A model generated the notes under the pieces. The model did not search any database, was not told the origin of the DNA, and was given only the letters and a program-made list of their open reading frames with translations. A stretch of 64,000 nucleotides of DNA, taken from Candidatus Latescibacterota bacterium. Its GTDB lineage: Bacteria; Latescibacterota; UBA2968. The position numbers were made by a program, and so were the translations under genes. Positions 1 through 10,300 of this stretch are shown here, piece after piece. The stretch lies in assembly GCA_965204745.1 (NCBI GenBank), contig OZ242010.1, forward strand, positions 2,240,001-2,304,000, given 5' to 3'. Position 1 is the first letter of the stretch. Each line of letters starts with the position of its first letter.

Positions 1-761
1 CCCTGTTGTGCCCGCGGGAATATTTCGACCGCTACTATCCGGATCGCGTCACCTTGCCGCCCACGCGCGCCGAACCCTGGGAAACCCAGCACCCCGCGAT
101 TCGGCAACTCCGCTATTGGCTCCGCAACGAAGAACCTTTGGACGACGCCATCTCGATCACCGCAACCGCCGCGTATTACGGCTTGGTCTCGTTCACGGAT
201 CACCTCGTCGGTCGCCTGCTCGACATTGTCGATAACTCGCCCTTGCGCGACAATACGGTCGTCATCTACGTCAGCGACCACGGCGAAATGGCCGGGCATC
301 ACGGCTTGTGGCAAAAGCAATGTTTTTACGACCACGCCGTGCGCGTGCCCATGATCATTCGCCATCCCCATGCCGCGGGCCACCAGCGCGTCTCCGCAGG
401 CGCCAGTCTCATCGACATCCTGCCCACCCTGCTCGACCTCGCGGATCGCGCACCCGCGCCCTTGCCCGGCGCCAGCCTGTTACCGGCTGTTTTCGGCAAT
501 GAATTTCCAGATCGCCCGATCTTCAGCGAATACCACACCCTCGGTTCCACCACGGGCGGTTTTATGATCAAAAAAGGCGACTGGAAATACATCCACTACG
601 TCGGCCTGCCCGATCAGTTGTTCAATGTGGATCGCGACCCGGACGAGCTCGAAAACTGCGCCGCCGATCCCTCATGCGCCCACATCCTCGCGGACCTCCG
701 CACGGACCTCCACGCTATCGTCACACCCGAAGAAGTTGACCGCCGCGCCAAGGAGAGATAG
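1..761 (+). CDS. Sulfatase (choline-sulfatase-like), 5'-truncated by window edge
   Basis: Sulfatase C-terminal motifs YYGLVSFTDHLVG, VIYVSDHGEMAGHHG, VRVPMII, KYIHY and LFNVDRDPDELEN. Confidence 0.85.
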   Translation, partial: LLCPREYFDRYYPDRVTLPPTRAEPWETQHPAIRQLRYWLRNEEPLDDAISITATAAYYGLVSFTDHLVGRLLDIVDNSPLRDNTVVIYVSDHGEMAGHHGLWQKQCFYDHAVRVPMIIRHPHAAGHQRVSAGASLIDILPTLLDLADRAPAPLPGASLLPAVFGNEFPDRPIFSEYHTLGSTTGGFMIKKGDWKYIHYVGLPDQLFNVDRDPDELENCAADPSCAHILADLRTDLHAIVTPEEVDRRAKER

Positions 762-792
762 GGGGGAGAGGACATTTTAAGTTGAACCGTTC

Positions 793-1210
793 TAGGTCAT
801 GTTGACATTTTATTTTTTTTGACGTTACGCACAGATTAGCAAATGTGTTGCTTGCTCATTTAATGCGTTTGGTCCTACAGCCTCGTTGGTTGCCTTTGAT
901 GCCTTCGGCGACTTACTTTTTTTCAACAGCAAAAAAAAGTAAGCAAAAAATGCCGCTCTCAAACGCCGAGGGGCTTGCACAGCGCAAATCGCTTTTGTAA
1001 CAGAACGACATGCGTTGGCCTGCAAAGTGGGTTGCAAAATGGACATTGGTTGCGAGACGGACTTGCGCGCTGTGCGTTATGGCTTTAGCTGATGGACTTT
1101 TGCGAGGGCACTTATTGTGATGCCTTCTTTGAACTGCGGAACGTCAGGGCTTGATTTTCTCGATAAACCGCTCAAGCCGGTGCATGGCTCGTAAATGTCA
1201 ACACAACCTA
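793..1210. mobile_element. Composite MITE, family A (IS5-like outer ends around an IS701-like core)
   Basis: Outer inverted repeats TAGGTCATGTTGACATTT (793-810) / AAATGTCAACACAACCTA (1193-1210); inner inverted repeats TGACGTTACGCA (820-831) / TGCGGAACGTCA (1135-1146); the core recurs at about 27.4, 38.5 and 48.0 kb. Confidence 0.75.
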
Positions 1211-1255
1211 ATACCAAATTGATAGGAAAAATAAAAATCAAATTGGGATAAAACA

Positions 1256-1283
1256 AAAAGCCAGACAATACGTCTGGCTTTTG
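1256..1283. terminator. Probable bidirectional intrinsic terminator
   Basis: AAAAGCCAGAC-aatac-GTCTGGCTTTT hairpin between convergent genes. Confidence 0.55.
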
Positions 1284-1404
1284 CATTTTCAGGGCGGTTG
1301 CGAATGTGAAAATGCGATTCGAGAATGGGCGCGATGAGCACAGAAGTTCGCCAATCCGAGATGTATAAATTGTCGCATGGGGATGCAACGCGGGGAGCAA
1401 AACT

Positions 1405-1884
1405 TCAATAATCCGTTGAAACCACTTGGCTGGTCGCGACGGTTTCGCAGTCTGGGGCAAAGGTGAACACGGCTTTGACGCGCTGGTTGTTGAGCACGAG
1501 CGGGTACCAATAGGAGGCATCGTCCCACATGGCACTGAAGGGCAAGTGGTCGATGGCGAACCACTCGGGGCGGATTTCGCGGGATTCCGTTGGCCTGCCC
1601 TGATAGTCGCGTCCCCAAAAAACATGGGTGGTGAGATCCCAGTTGGGGCGTGCGGGAAAATAGAACGCCACATGCCCGGCATCTAAGAGGTCGCGGGGCG
1701 ACAGCACAACGCCGGTTTCTTCATGCATTTCGCGCACCGCGGCTTCGCGCACGGGTTCGCCGGGTTCGATTTTGCCGCCAATGCCCGTGTATTTCCCCGC
1801 GCCAAAACCGCGCTTTTTGTACCCGAGCAACACATGGGTTATGGGATCGCCCCTGACGAGCAATATCAGCGTGGTGCGCTTCAC
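1405..1884 (-). CDS. NUDIX hydrolase, MutT/MTH1-like 8-oxo-dGTP diphosphatase
   Basis: Nudix box GGKIEPGEPVREAAVREMHEETG; KKRGFGAGKY and MWDDASYWYP resemble the MTH1/NUDT1 subfamily. Confidence 0.85.
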   Translation of the reverse strand: MKRTTLILLVRGDPITHVLLGYKKRGFGAGKYTGIGGKIEPGEPVREAAVREMHEETGVVLSPRDLLDAGHVAFYFPARPNWDLTTHVFWGRDYQGRPTESREIRPEWFAIDHLPFSAMWDDASYWYPLVLNNQRVKAVFTFAPDCETVATSQVVSTDY

Positions 1885-1927
1885 GATACACCTATAAGAA
1901 AGTAAGAGGGAAGAAGGGAGAGGTGAG

Positions 1928-2000
1928 AGTCAGTAGTCAGTAGTCAGTAGTCAGTAGTCAGTAGTCAGTTGTCAGTTGCCAGTAGTCAGTTGTCAGTTGT
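1928..2000. repeat. Heptamer tandem repeat (A/T)GTCAGT, about 10 copies
   Basis: Read directly from the sequence. Confidence 0.9.
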
Positions 2001-2001
2001 C

Positions 2002-2249
2002 AATGCGAATTAAGAGTAGAAAGCGAGTAAGAAGCAAGCCGCGGTCAATCGCCCAAAGACCTCAACGAGTCATACATTATCGGATCGCACCTTAGAACTT
2101 GTCTTAAAACAAACGATGGATGCCCTCTCCGCCGGCTCCTCCCTGCAACGGAGAGATGTTATTCCCCCTTCCTCGCAGGAAGGGGGGTTAGGGGGGTAGG
2201 TCCCAACAAAAAGACAAGTACGCGATGGATCCAACGCTTAATTCGCATT
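2002..2249. mobile_element. 248-bp MITE with 13-bp perfect terminal inverted repeats and a GTC target duplication
   Basis: AATGCGAATTAAG (2002-2014) ... CTTAATTCGCATT (2237-2249), flanked by GTC on both sides inside a TGTCAGT heptamer. Confidence 0.7.
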
Positions 2250-2710
2250 GTCAGTGGCTTTGTTGAATAAATAGATATTACCTGCTGTTTGGGGGTTGAA
2301 AAAAGACAGGCTCCTCCGTAGATCGGGCATGTTTGTCACTTCCAAAACTCACCCTTTCTCACAAGGGACCTGCCACGCCCAAGATAGCCTCTTCCTCTGC
2401 ATCCGTCAAGACCCCTCGTCGCCGTCGCTGTGAGACTTGTCTATCGGGTGCGGAACTAGGCGGCCTTACGAGGCCGGCCTCAAGCAATGGATTGGATGGC
2501 AGTTGCGCGTGCGGTATAAGGATAACCAAGAGCACGCAAGCGCGGAAAGCCGCCCGCGCAAACCCCATCGTCACCTTAATGATACATTGAACGCGACGCG
2601 TGATGGCTTTTCCGCTGGCTTTTTGTGACGGTACTTTTTATTTGGGAATTATATACTTAACGAAACGAGGCTATGTTATTATATTCCTCCCTTAAGGCAA
2701 TGAATGAGAG

Positions 2711-2914
2711 GACTATTTTTTTGAAGGCGATGGCGCGGTTGGTTTTCCCGATTTTCTGCTGTTCGTCGCGCAGTTTGGATTGAGTCAGAATGATGAGGCG
2801 TATGATGCGCGGTTCGATTTGGATGGCGATGGCGCGATAGGGTTTGGCGATTTCCTGGTCTTTGCCAATCATTTCGGACAGGCCGTATCGCCGCCCGGGT
2901 CTTCTAGCGGTTAG
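2711..2914 (+). pseudogene. Orphan double EF-hand/dockerin-like domain with no in-frame start
   Basis: Manual translation EGDGAVGFPDFLLFVAQFG...FDLDGDGAIGFGDFLVFANHFG; in-frame TGA at 2705; same motif as the N-terminus of 50228-51319. Confidence 0.7.
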
Positions 2915-2956
2915 CCACCGCTCAAATTGTTCGCGGTATTCACGAAAGGAATTGCA

Positions 2957-3730
2957 ATGTATTTGTATGGGATTCGGAACACGAGTTTGAAGATGGATTG
3001 GGGGAAAGATGCCTTTGTCGCGGCCGGAAAGATGGGGTTTGATGGGGTGGAGATCGTGCTGCGAGAGGAAGACCGGTTGGACTGGCTGTTGACCGCGGCT
3101 GGCAAAGCAGAGGTGGCGACGTGGAGCGAGGAATCGGGCGCGCAGGCGTGTTCGATCAGTTTTGCCCTGTTTCGGGAATACAAGGGCAATGAGGCAGACC
3201 CTGCGGTGCGCGACCGCGTGGTGTCGCTCGTGCAAAAGGCGATTCGGGCGTGCAAGGGCATGGGCGGCGTCGGGATTTTGCTCCCGTATTTTGACGCGGA
3301 GAACCTCGACATGCCGCGCCAATATGTGAACTCGCTGATCGAAGACTTGCAGCAGTGCGCGCCCCTCGCCGAAGATTTGGGCATCAAAGTCGCGCTGGAG
3401 ACCAGCTTTTCAACCGGGCTGTTGCGAACGATTTGCGATGGCGTCGGCTCGGAGATGGTCGGGGTGTACCAAGACACGGCCAACGCCTTGATCTACGGAC
3501 ACGGCTCGGTTACAATGCTCACGGCGTTGCCCGAACACACCCAGTTGATCCACCTGAAGGATACGCAACGTTCAGACTTGGGCGAAGGCGACGTGGATTT
3601 CCCCGCGTGCCGCGATGCCATTGCAAAAATCGGGTACGAGGGCTGGTTGATCTTTGAAACCCCCGCGGGAGACGACCCCATCGCATCGGGCGAGAAAAAC
3701 CTGGCGTTCGCAAAAGCGATGTTTGGGTAG
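2957..3730 (+). CDS. Sugar phosphate isomerase/epimerase (xylose-isomerase-like TIM barrel)
   Basis: GFDGVEI, ALET, DTAN, IHLKD, LGEGDVDF and GYEGWLIFE motifs; ATG 2957 after an AAGGA RBS. Confidence 0.85.
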   Translation: MYLYGIRNTSLKMDWGKDAFVAAGKMGFDGVEIVLREEDRLDWLLTAAGKAEVATWSEESGAQACSISFALFREYKGNEADPAVRDRVVSLVQKAIRACKGMGGVGILLPYFDAENLDMPRQYVNSLIEDLQQCAPLAEDLGIKVALETSFSTGLLRTICDGVGSEMVGVYQDTANALIYGHGSVTMLTALPEHTQLIHLKDTQRSDLGEGDVDFPACRDAIAKIGYEGWLIFETPAGDDPIASGEKNLAFAKAMFG

Positions 3731-3812
3731 GGAGGGAAGAGGGAAGAGGGAAGAGGTGAGACGTAAGATGGGAGATGGGAATTTAGCCACAAAGGGCACA
3801 AAAGGCACAAAA

Positions 3813-3869
3813 GGGGTACAACTGGCGACAGCTAGTTCAAAGGCACGAGCAGGGTACTGCTGGCGACAG
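3813..3869. repeat. ~38-bp mini-repeat (GGGGTACAACTGGCGACAGCTAGTTCAAAGGC), one full and one degenerate copy
   Basis: Reverse complement of the tandem pair at 54224-54293; a variant occurs at 38570-38600. Confidence 0.7.
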
Positions 3870-3910
3870 GCAACACTCGTCTGTCGCTTTTTTTATGAGG
3901 AATAGCCCCT

Positions 3911-5221
3911 GTGAGCAAGCGGGTAAAATACGTCCGATGGCTGTTGGTCACACTTCTCTTGCTGTCGGCTGGTCGCGTTGTGGGGTTTGCCGTTCTCTTT
4001 GGGCGAGAGAGCCTGCAACTGGACTTCTCGGCGTTTTACACGGCCGGGCAGGCAACGGCACGCGGCTTGTCCCCCTATCAGAACCACTTGGCACACACCC
4101 CGCCGATCTGGGATGGGTTCGGGCTTTTGCAACACAGCCGATTTCTGTACCCGCCTTTGGCGGCCCGATTGTTTCAGCCCCTCGCGCATTTGCCCTATCG
4201 CGTTGCCAAAGGAGTGTGGACGGGCCTCGCGCTGGTCTGCATCGCATTTGCCATGGGGGTGGCACACAAGTCATTGCGGGCGCGGATGGGCCGCGACGCA
4301 ATGATAGTCGCCGGGATATGCGTCTGCCTGTTCCACCCGGTCTTGGCCCTGTTGGAACGCGGGCAGGTCGATGGCATCACGCTGGCATTGCTCGCCGCAT
4401 TTGTTTATCTCGTGCAACGGGGAAAAAAACAACGCGCCGCGGCGGGCCTCTGCCTCGCGCTGGCGACGCTTTTGAAACTCCACTGCGTTTATTTCGCGCC
4501 GTTTCTGATTTTGCGAAAAAAATGGATCGCGCTGGCGGGATTTACGAGTGGGTGTCTCCTGATCGGGCTGTGTTCTCTCGCGCTGGATGGGTACGCGGCA
4601 AACCGGGACTATGTGCTGACGCACCTGCCCCGGATTTCCCAATACGGCGAAGGGGGAACCCGGGAGATGCTGTTGCCCCGCGCATTGGTGCAACCCCATT
4701 TGTCCGACCATCAGAACGGAATCGCGCAAAAGGAAGGCCATCGCTATCGCCTCGGCGCGTTTGATTTTGTGGGCAGCGCGACTCTGGTCGATGTGATCGC
4801 GCCGCGTTGGGGCAGTCCTTTCGGCGTATCGCTCGTCCTGATGGGGCTGTTTTTGCTGTTGATGATCGCGTGGCACCTGCGCGAGAAGCGATTTTTTGAC
4901 CGCCTCAATCCGACCGCAGAACTGACCTACTGGCAACTCATGGCAACCGCTGTTTTGCTGACCGCGCCCACGACTTGGGCGATGAATACGGTGTGGTTGT
5001 TGCCCGCCCTCCTCATCCTGATTCGATCCCAGCGGGCTCACCCCTTGGCACTTTATTGTGGGGCTATGGGCCTGTTGCTCGCGGGCCTGCCCGACCCGTA
5101 TAGCTTTCCCCTCATCGCCCCGTATCTGAACGACTGGTTCGAGTACAAATACGTGCTTGCCGAAGGCGCGCTCCTGATCAGTTTGGCATTGCTGTTGAGA
5201 AGATGTCTTAAAACGAAATAG
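3911..5221 (+). CDS. Glycosyltransferase family 87 (DUF2029-like) integral membrane protein
   Basis: LDFSAFYTAG, FLYPPLAA, GQVD and ATLLKLH motifs with many hydrophobic segments (GT-C fold). Confidence 0.75.
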   Translation: MSKRVKYVRWLLVTLLLLSAGRVVGFAVLFGRESLQLDFSAFYTAGQATARGLSPYQNHLAHTPPIWDGFGLLQHSRFLYPPLAARLFQPLAHLPYRVAKGVWTGLALVCIAFAMGVAHKSLRARMGRDAMIVAGICVCLFHPVLALLERGQVDGITLALLAAFVYLVQRGKKQRAAAGLCLALATLLKLHCVYFAPFLILRKKWIALAGFTSGCLLIGLCSLALDGYAANRDYVLTHLPRISQYGEGGTREMLLPRALVQPHLSDHQNGIAQKEGHRYRLGAFDFVGSATLVDVIAPRWGSPFGVSLVLMGLFLLLMIAWHLREKRFFDRLNPTAELTYWQLMATAVLLTAPTTWAMNTVWLLPALLILIRSQRAHPLALYCGAMGLLLAGLPDPYSFPLIAPYLNDWFEYKYVLAEGALLISLALLLRRCLKTK

Positions 5222-5267
5222 GCCCCCGCCCCGAGGCGGGCATCGAGATGGAGTAGAAAAAAAAGGA

Positions 5268-7259
5268 ATGGACGCCATGACTTTGACCGCAAATGCAATG
5301 GTCGATCCGAGAGATCGCGCAACCGCCGGCGCGACAGTGCGATCCCTGATATTCGGGCTCGTGCTGGTCGTTGCGATCAGCGCGTTGGCAACGGTCGTGC
5401 GCTATATTTTGCACAGTTCCTTCATGGCGTATAGCCACATGCCCATGGGCAATCTGATGCTGACGTTGCTGAGTGTGATCGCGTGTAGCGCGCTCGCACG
5501 GTGGTTTGGCAAACGATTTGCCTTTTCCCCGGGGGAATGGCTCGTGATTTTTTCGATGGGCTTCGTCAGTTCCCTCGGCCCGACTTATGGGGTCAGCGGG
5601 TATCTGGTCGGGGTCATCGTCACGCCTTACTATTTTGCCACGCCCGAAAACCGATGGGCAGAATTTTTGCATCCCTATTTGCCCGAGTGGATCATCCCAT
5701 CCAATCGCGATGGCGCGATGACGTGGTTTTACGACGGCTTGCCCGCTGGCGCGCCCGTGCCGTGGGCCGTGTGGCTCGGCCCGCTTTTTTGGTGGTTCAC
5801 CTTTGTGTGTGCGGTGGCGCTGGCCTGTTTTTGTGCATCCGTGATTATGCGGAAGCAGTGGGCAGAACACGAAAAACTGGTCTATCCCGCGATGGAGCCC
5901 ATCGTCGAATTGACCACGCAACCCGGCACGGGACAGACGTGGTTGCCCGATTTTATGCGGGGGCGAATGTTCTGGACCGGGTTTGGCGTGGTGGCTTTGG
6001 TCTTTGGGTGGAATATCATCGCTTGGTTTCATCCCGCGTTGCCCAAATTCCCCACTGCCGCGGGCACCTGGGTGCCCATCGGGCGAAATTTTCCGCCGCA
6101 GTGGGTGTTCGTCAGCACGGTGGGAATCTGCTTTTCGTACTTTGCGAGTTTGGAAGTGTTGCTCAGCTTGTGGGTTTTCGATCTGATGTTCACCGTCGAG
6201 TCCGGCATTTTGGATCAATTAGGCGTGCCGGCCTTTCACCGCTACTACGCCACCAAGCGCTATTCATGGCAAACGACGGGCGCGTTTGTCGGCCTCGCCT
6301 TGTGGTGGGTGTGGATTGCGCGGGCGCATCTGAAAGACGCATTCAAAAAAGCCCTGCATCCGAAAAGCGGGCATATCGATGACCGCGGGGAACTGATGTC
6401 CTATCGCGCGGCCTTTTGCTGTCTCGCGGTTTCAATCGCCTACGCGCTGGTGTGGTTGTCAGCGGCGGGCATCGCACCGAAGGTCATCGCCATTTTGTTG
6501 CCGACCATGTTTTTGACCTACGGTGCGGTCTCGAAAATTTTAGCCGATTCTGGCTTGATTTACGTCAATGCGCCGGCGTCGGCCTGGACCCTGACCACGG
6601 CGTTGATGGGCGGCGCACGCGCCATTCCCGCGGGGACACACGCCATGCTGTATCCGGCTTCGGTCGCCATCAACCACTTTCGCGGATTCACGTTTTCCGT
6701 GGGCACGCATCTCAACCGGTTGGCGGATTTCATCCCCGGCAACAAACGCCCCTTGTTCGGCGGCATCTGCATCGCGTTTGTCGTGGGCATCTGCTCATCC
6801 ATGTTGTTCACGATTTGGTTGGGCTATCGCATCGGCGGCTATAATTTTTCCCCCAACTGGCTCATCATCCGCGCTGGCGTGGGCGGGTACCAAAATGCGG
6901 TCAACGCCATTGTTTCGCCGCAACCCATGGAAGTGATCGATTACTGGTTTTTCGCTATCGGGTCTTGTGCGATGTTCGCCCTGTTGTTCTTGCGGTACCA
7001 ATTCACGCGGTGGCCCCTGCATCCCATCGGCCTCGCGTTGTCCGGCACGATGCTCGCCCGGCTCACCAGTTTCACCATTTTTGTCGCGTGGCTGATCAAG
7101 TTCGTTTTGCTGCGAATCGGCGGCGCGCCCTTTTACCGCAGGTCAAAGCCGTTTTTTGTGGGCATGCTGGTGGCGTATGTGTTGTCGACGGCCTTGGGCC
7201 TCGTTGTCGATGCGCTGTGGTTTATGCCCCGCGGGCACACCGTTCACAAATGGTATTGA
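5268..7259 (+). CDS. DUF6785/DUF6784-type polytopic membrane protein (putative transporter), copy 1
   Basis: Many transmembrane segments; PYYFATPENRW, QWAEHEKLVYP and WPLHPIG; paralog of 57971-59965. Confidence 0.7.
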   Translation: MDAMTLTANAMVDPRDRATAGATVRSLIFGLVLVVAISALATVVRYILHSSFMAYSHMPMGNLMLTLLSVIACSALARWFGKRFAFSPGEWLVIFSMGFVSSLGPTYGVSGYLVGVIVTPYYFATPENRWAEFLHPYLPEWIIPSNRDGAMTWFYDGLPAGAPVPWAVWLGPLFWWFTFVCAVALACFCASVIMRKQWAEHEKLVYPAMEPIVELTTQPGTGQTWLPDFMRGRMFWTGFGVVALVFGWNIIAWFHPALPKFPTAAGTWVPIGRNFPPQWVFVSTVGICFSYFASLEVLLSLWVFDLMFTVESGILDQLGVPAFHRYYATKRYSWQTTGAFVGLALWWVWIARAHLKDAFKKALHPKSGHIDDRGELMSYRAAFCCLAVSIAYALVWLSAAGIAPKVIAILLPTMFLTYGAVSKILADSGLIYVNAPASAWTLTTALMGGARAIPAGTHAMLYPASVAINHFRGFTFSVGTHLNRLADFIPGNKRPLFGGICIAFVVGICSSMLFTIWLGYRIGGYNFSPNWLIIRAGVGGYQNAVNAIVSPQPMEVIDYWFFAIGSCAMFALLFLRYQFTRWPLHPIGLALSGTMLARLTSFTIFVAWLIKFVLLRIGGAPFYRRSKPFFVGMLVAYVLSTALGLVVDALWFMPRGHTVHKWY

Positions 7260-7322
7260 TTCGAGCCGCGCATTTCGCTACACTTGTGCAACAGGAAAAC
7301 AAAGCTTTTCGAGGGGAACGCC

Positions 7323-10300
7323 ATGGATCGTCGCCTGGGTCGGTTGGCATTGATCGGGTTTGTGGTGGTCGGGTTTGGGACCGTTATTTTGGGGCCGGAT
7401 ACGGTCGATCCGCTGTTGCGCGCTGCGTTGGGGTTGCAGACGCCCGAACCGGTCGCGCCCGCGCCTGTGCCGGGTGCCGATGTGGTGGCGGATCGGGTGA
7501 AGCGCGAAATCACCGAGGCCGAGGTGCGTGCGTTGATGGGGGCGTTTACGCAAGGCGGATCGCGCGTGCCGGGGTATCCGGGGCACGCTAGGGCCGCGGC
7601 GTTTATCGAAGAGCGGTTTCGATCCCTGGGGTTGGAAGATGTGGAGACCGAGGCTTACGGGGTGACGTCGCCTGTGGATGAAGGCAGCCGCTTGACCCTC
7701 GTCTCGTCTGGCGAGGTGTTCCCGCTGTTTGGGCTGTGGCCGAATCTGGTGAAGACCGCCACCTTGCCGCCGGGGGGCGTTCGCACGCGCTTGATCGACG
7801 GGGGCGATGGCGAGTTCAAGGCGTACGATGGCAAGGCCGTGGAGGGCGCGGTCGTGTTGTTGGATTTTAATACGTGGAACAGATGGCTCAACGCGGCGAT
7901 TTTGGGCGCGGAACAAGTCATTTTTATCGAACCGGATTCCACATCTTACTCGCAGGCCGAGACGAAATTTTTGCAAGTGCCCAACAGCATCGAGCGGTTT
8001 TGGATCGACCGAGAGCACGGGGAAAGGTTGCGCGCGCTGTTGGCAGACCGCGGGGAAATTGAGGTGCAACTCGAATCGCGGATGCCCTGGAAAAAAGGCG
8101 AGGTGGCCAATGTACTGGGCTGGATCGAGGGAACGGATGCGGAATTGTCGAAAAAAATCGTGGTGATCAACGCTTATTACGACGCGATGTCCGTGGTGCC
8201 CGCGCAGGCGCCGGGCGCGGAAATGGCGTGTGGCATCGTGGGGTTGATGCGGTTGGCCGCGTATTTTCGGGCGCATCGCCCCAAGTACACGCTGCTCTTT
8301 TTGGCATCGTCGGCGCATCACCTGGGATTTAGGGGGATCTGCGATTTTTTGAACCGGCATTCGCGCAAGGAAGAGCACTTTGCGGCCCTGATGACCGAAC
8401 CCATCGACATCGCGCTGTTCATCGGGTTGGACCTGTCTAGCCAGACCGCGGAGATGGGCGTGGCGAGTCAGACCGCTGGCTTTTCTGCGAACGCGGCGGT
8501 CAATTATTTTTACACGCGGTTTTTCGCGGTTTTTGGCAAGTCCTTCACGCGCTATGCCACCGCCATCGCCAAGGGCATCGGCGCGCCGTCAAAAGACGCG
8601 ATGGTCGATGGGATCAATCCCAAAGGCGGGATGACGTGGGATATGTACATCCCCGGGGAAAATATCAAGAGCGACAGCGAAGTGGTGTTGTACGCGGGCA
8701 CGCCTGCGCTGTCGTTGACCACGGTGAACGACGCGCGATTTCGGGTGGATACCCCGCTGGATCGGCCCGAGTTCGTGAATTACGACAATTTGACGCAGCA
8801 GATTCGCGTGCTCGCAGGCGTGCTGGATCTGTCGTTGAACAGCGATGACTTTTTGCCCGATTACAAGTTGGACCCCGATGATCGCATGCGCGGGCTGAAG
8901 GGCTTTGTCCGCACATTTCCCCGGCGGAGCATCACGCCGGACAAACCGCGCCCGGGCGCGATAGCCGCCATGCGGATGGGGTTGGAAAAGTCGATCAAGG
9001 GCGTGCGCCGGATTTATTACGACCTCGCAGACGACAACGGCGAGTACTATATCCCCGGCGTGGCAGAGCGCAGGGTACACGTGCGCGCGTACTATCTCGA
9101 CCCGGAAACCGGCGAGATCACGTACGCGCCCAACATGGGGCGGCAGGGCAAAATTTACAGCGGCAATTTCGACATGAACTGGTGGATCACCAAGCAAACC
9201 GTGATTTTGTTTCCGTGCGTGGCAACGGATTTTTACGGCACGGTGGACCCGCGCTACTTGACCACGTTGTCGAATATCAGCGTGTACGGGGCGGGCAATA
9301 CCGCGCCGCAGGAATACGGGTACGCGGTCGGGTTTGGCCCGGATGAACCGGTCGGCGTGGTCTTTACGTCGCCGGGGGAACGGGTGAAAATTGCGATGCG
9401 CGCCGGGGTGATCGGGGTGCGCTTTTTGTTGCTCAATTCCAAAAGCGCGGACGATGAGTGGGAGGCGCGCGGCGAGGGATTTCAAACCCTGTCGTCGGGC
9501 GCGCTGGTCCGCACGCCCTATCGCGCCGCGCGGGATATGTGGATGCTGAACGAGTCGCGCATGCGGAAGTTGCGCCAGTACTCGATAGAGAACCAGCGGC
9601 TAGAGGCCTTGCACGCACAGGCCAAAGAACACTTGGACGAGGCCGAGGTCGCGTTGCGGGAAAAGCAATGGGATGCGTTTGTCAAGCACACGCGCGCGGG
9701 CATGGGCATCGAGTCGCGGGCGTACCCAGATGTGAAATCCACGCAGAACGACGTGATCCGCGGCGTGATTTTCTTCATGCTGCTGGTGATCCCGTGTGCG
9801 TTTTTCCTCGAGCGGCTGATTTTTACCTTTGCCGATATTCGCATGCAAATCACCGGCTTTGGCGCGGTTTTTGTGGTGATCTGGATTTTCCTGTCGCAGG
9901 TGCATCCCGCGTTTGACTTGTCCAACCCCTTTGTGATTTTGCTGGCTTTTGTGATTATGGCACTGGCGATTTTTGTGATTTCGATTTTGGCGGGCCGGTT
10001 CAACGAGAATATCCGCCGCCTACGCAGCGCAGAGGTGTTGTTGCACGAAACCGATGTGGGCCGGGTCAGCGCGTCTGTGGCCGCGTTTCAGTTGGGCATC
10101 GCCAACATGAAAAAGCGCAAGTTGCGGACGTGGTTGACCTTTGCGACGCTGGTGTTGCTGACCTTTACCGTGCTGTCGTTCACGTCCATCAAATCCGCAT
10201 TGGAATTTCACCAACTCCAGCGAGACGCGGAAGGCGCGTATCCGGGGGTGTTGATCAGAAGCAAGTTTTGGGGGCCATTGGAAGATACGGCGTACGATTA

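Noticed and set aside
825-1682. ORFs 825-1046 and 1077-1682, and similar ORFs at 27355-27755, 38454-38822 and 47987-48328
   Set aside because: They are translations of the non-coding MITE family and differ by frameshifts between copies
2333-2628. Short ORFs on both strands
   Set aside because: No recognisable motif, RBS or coding signal; left unannotated
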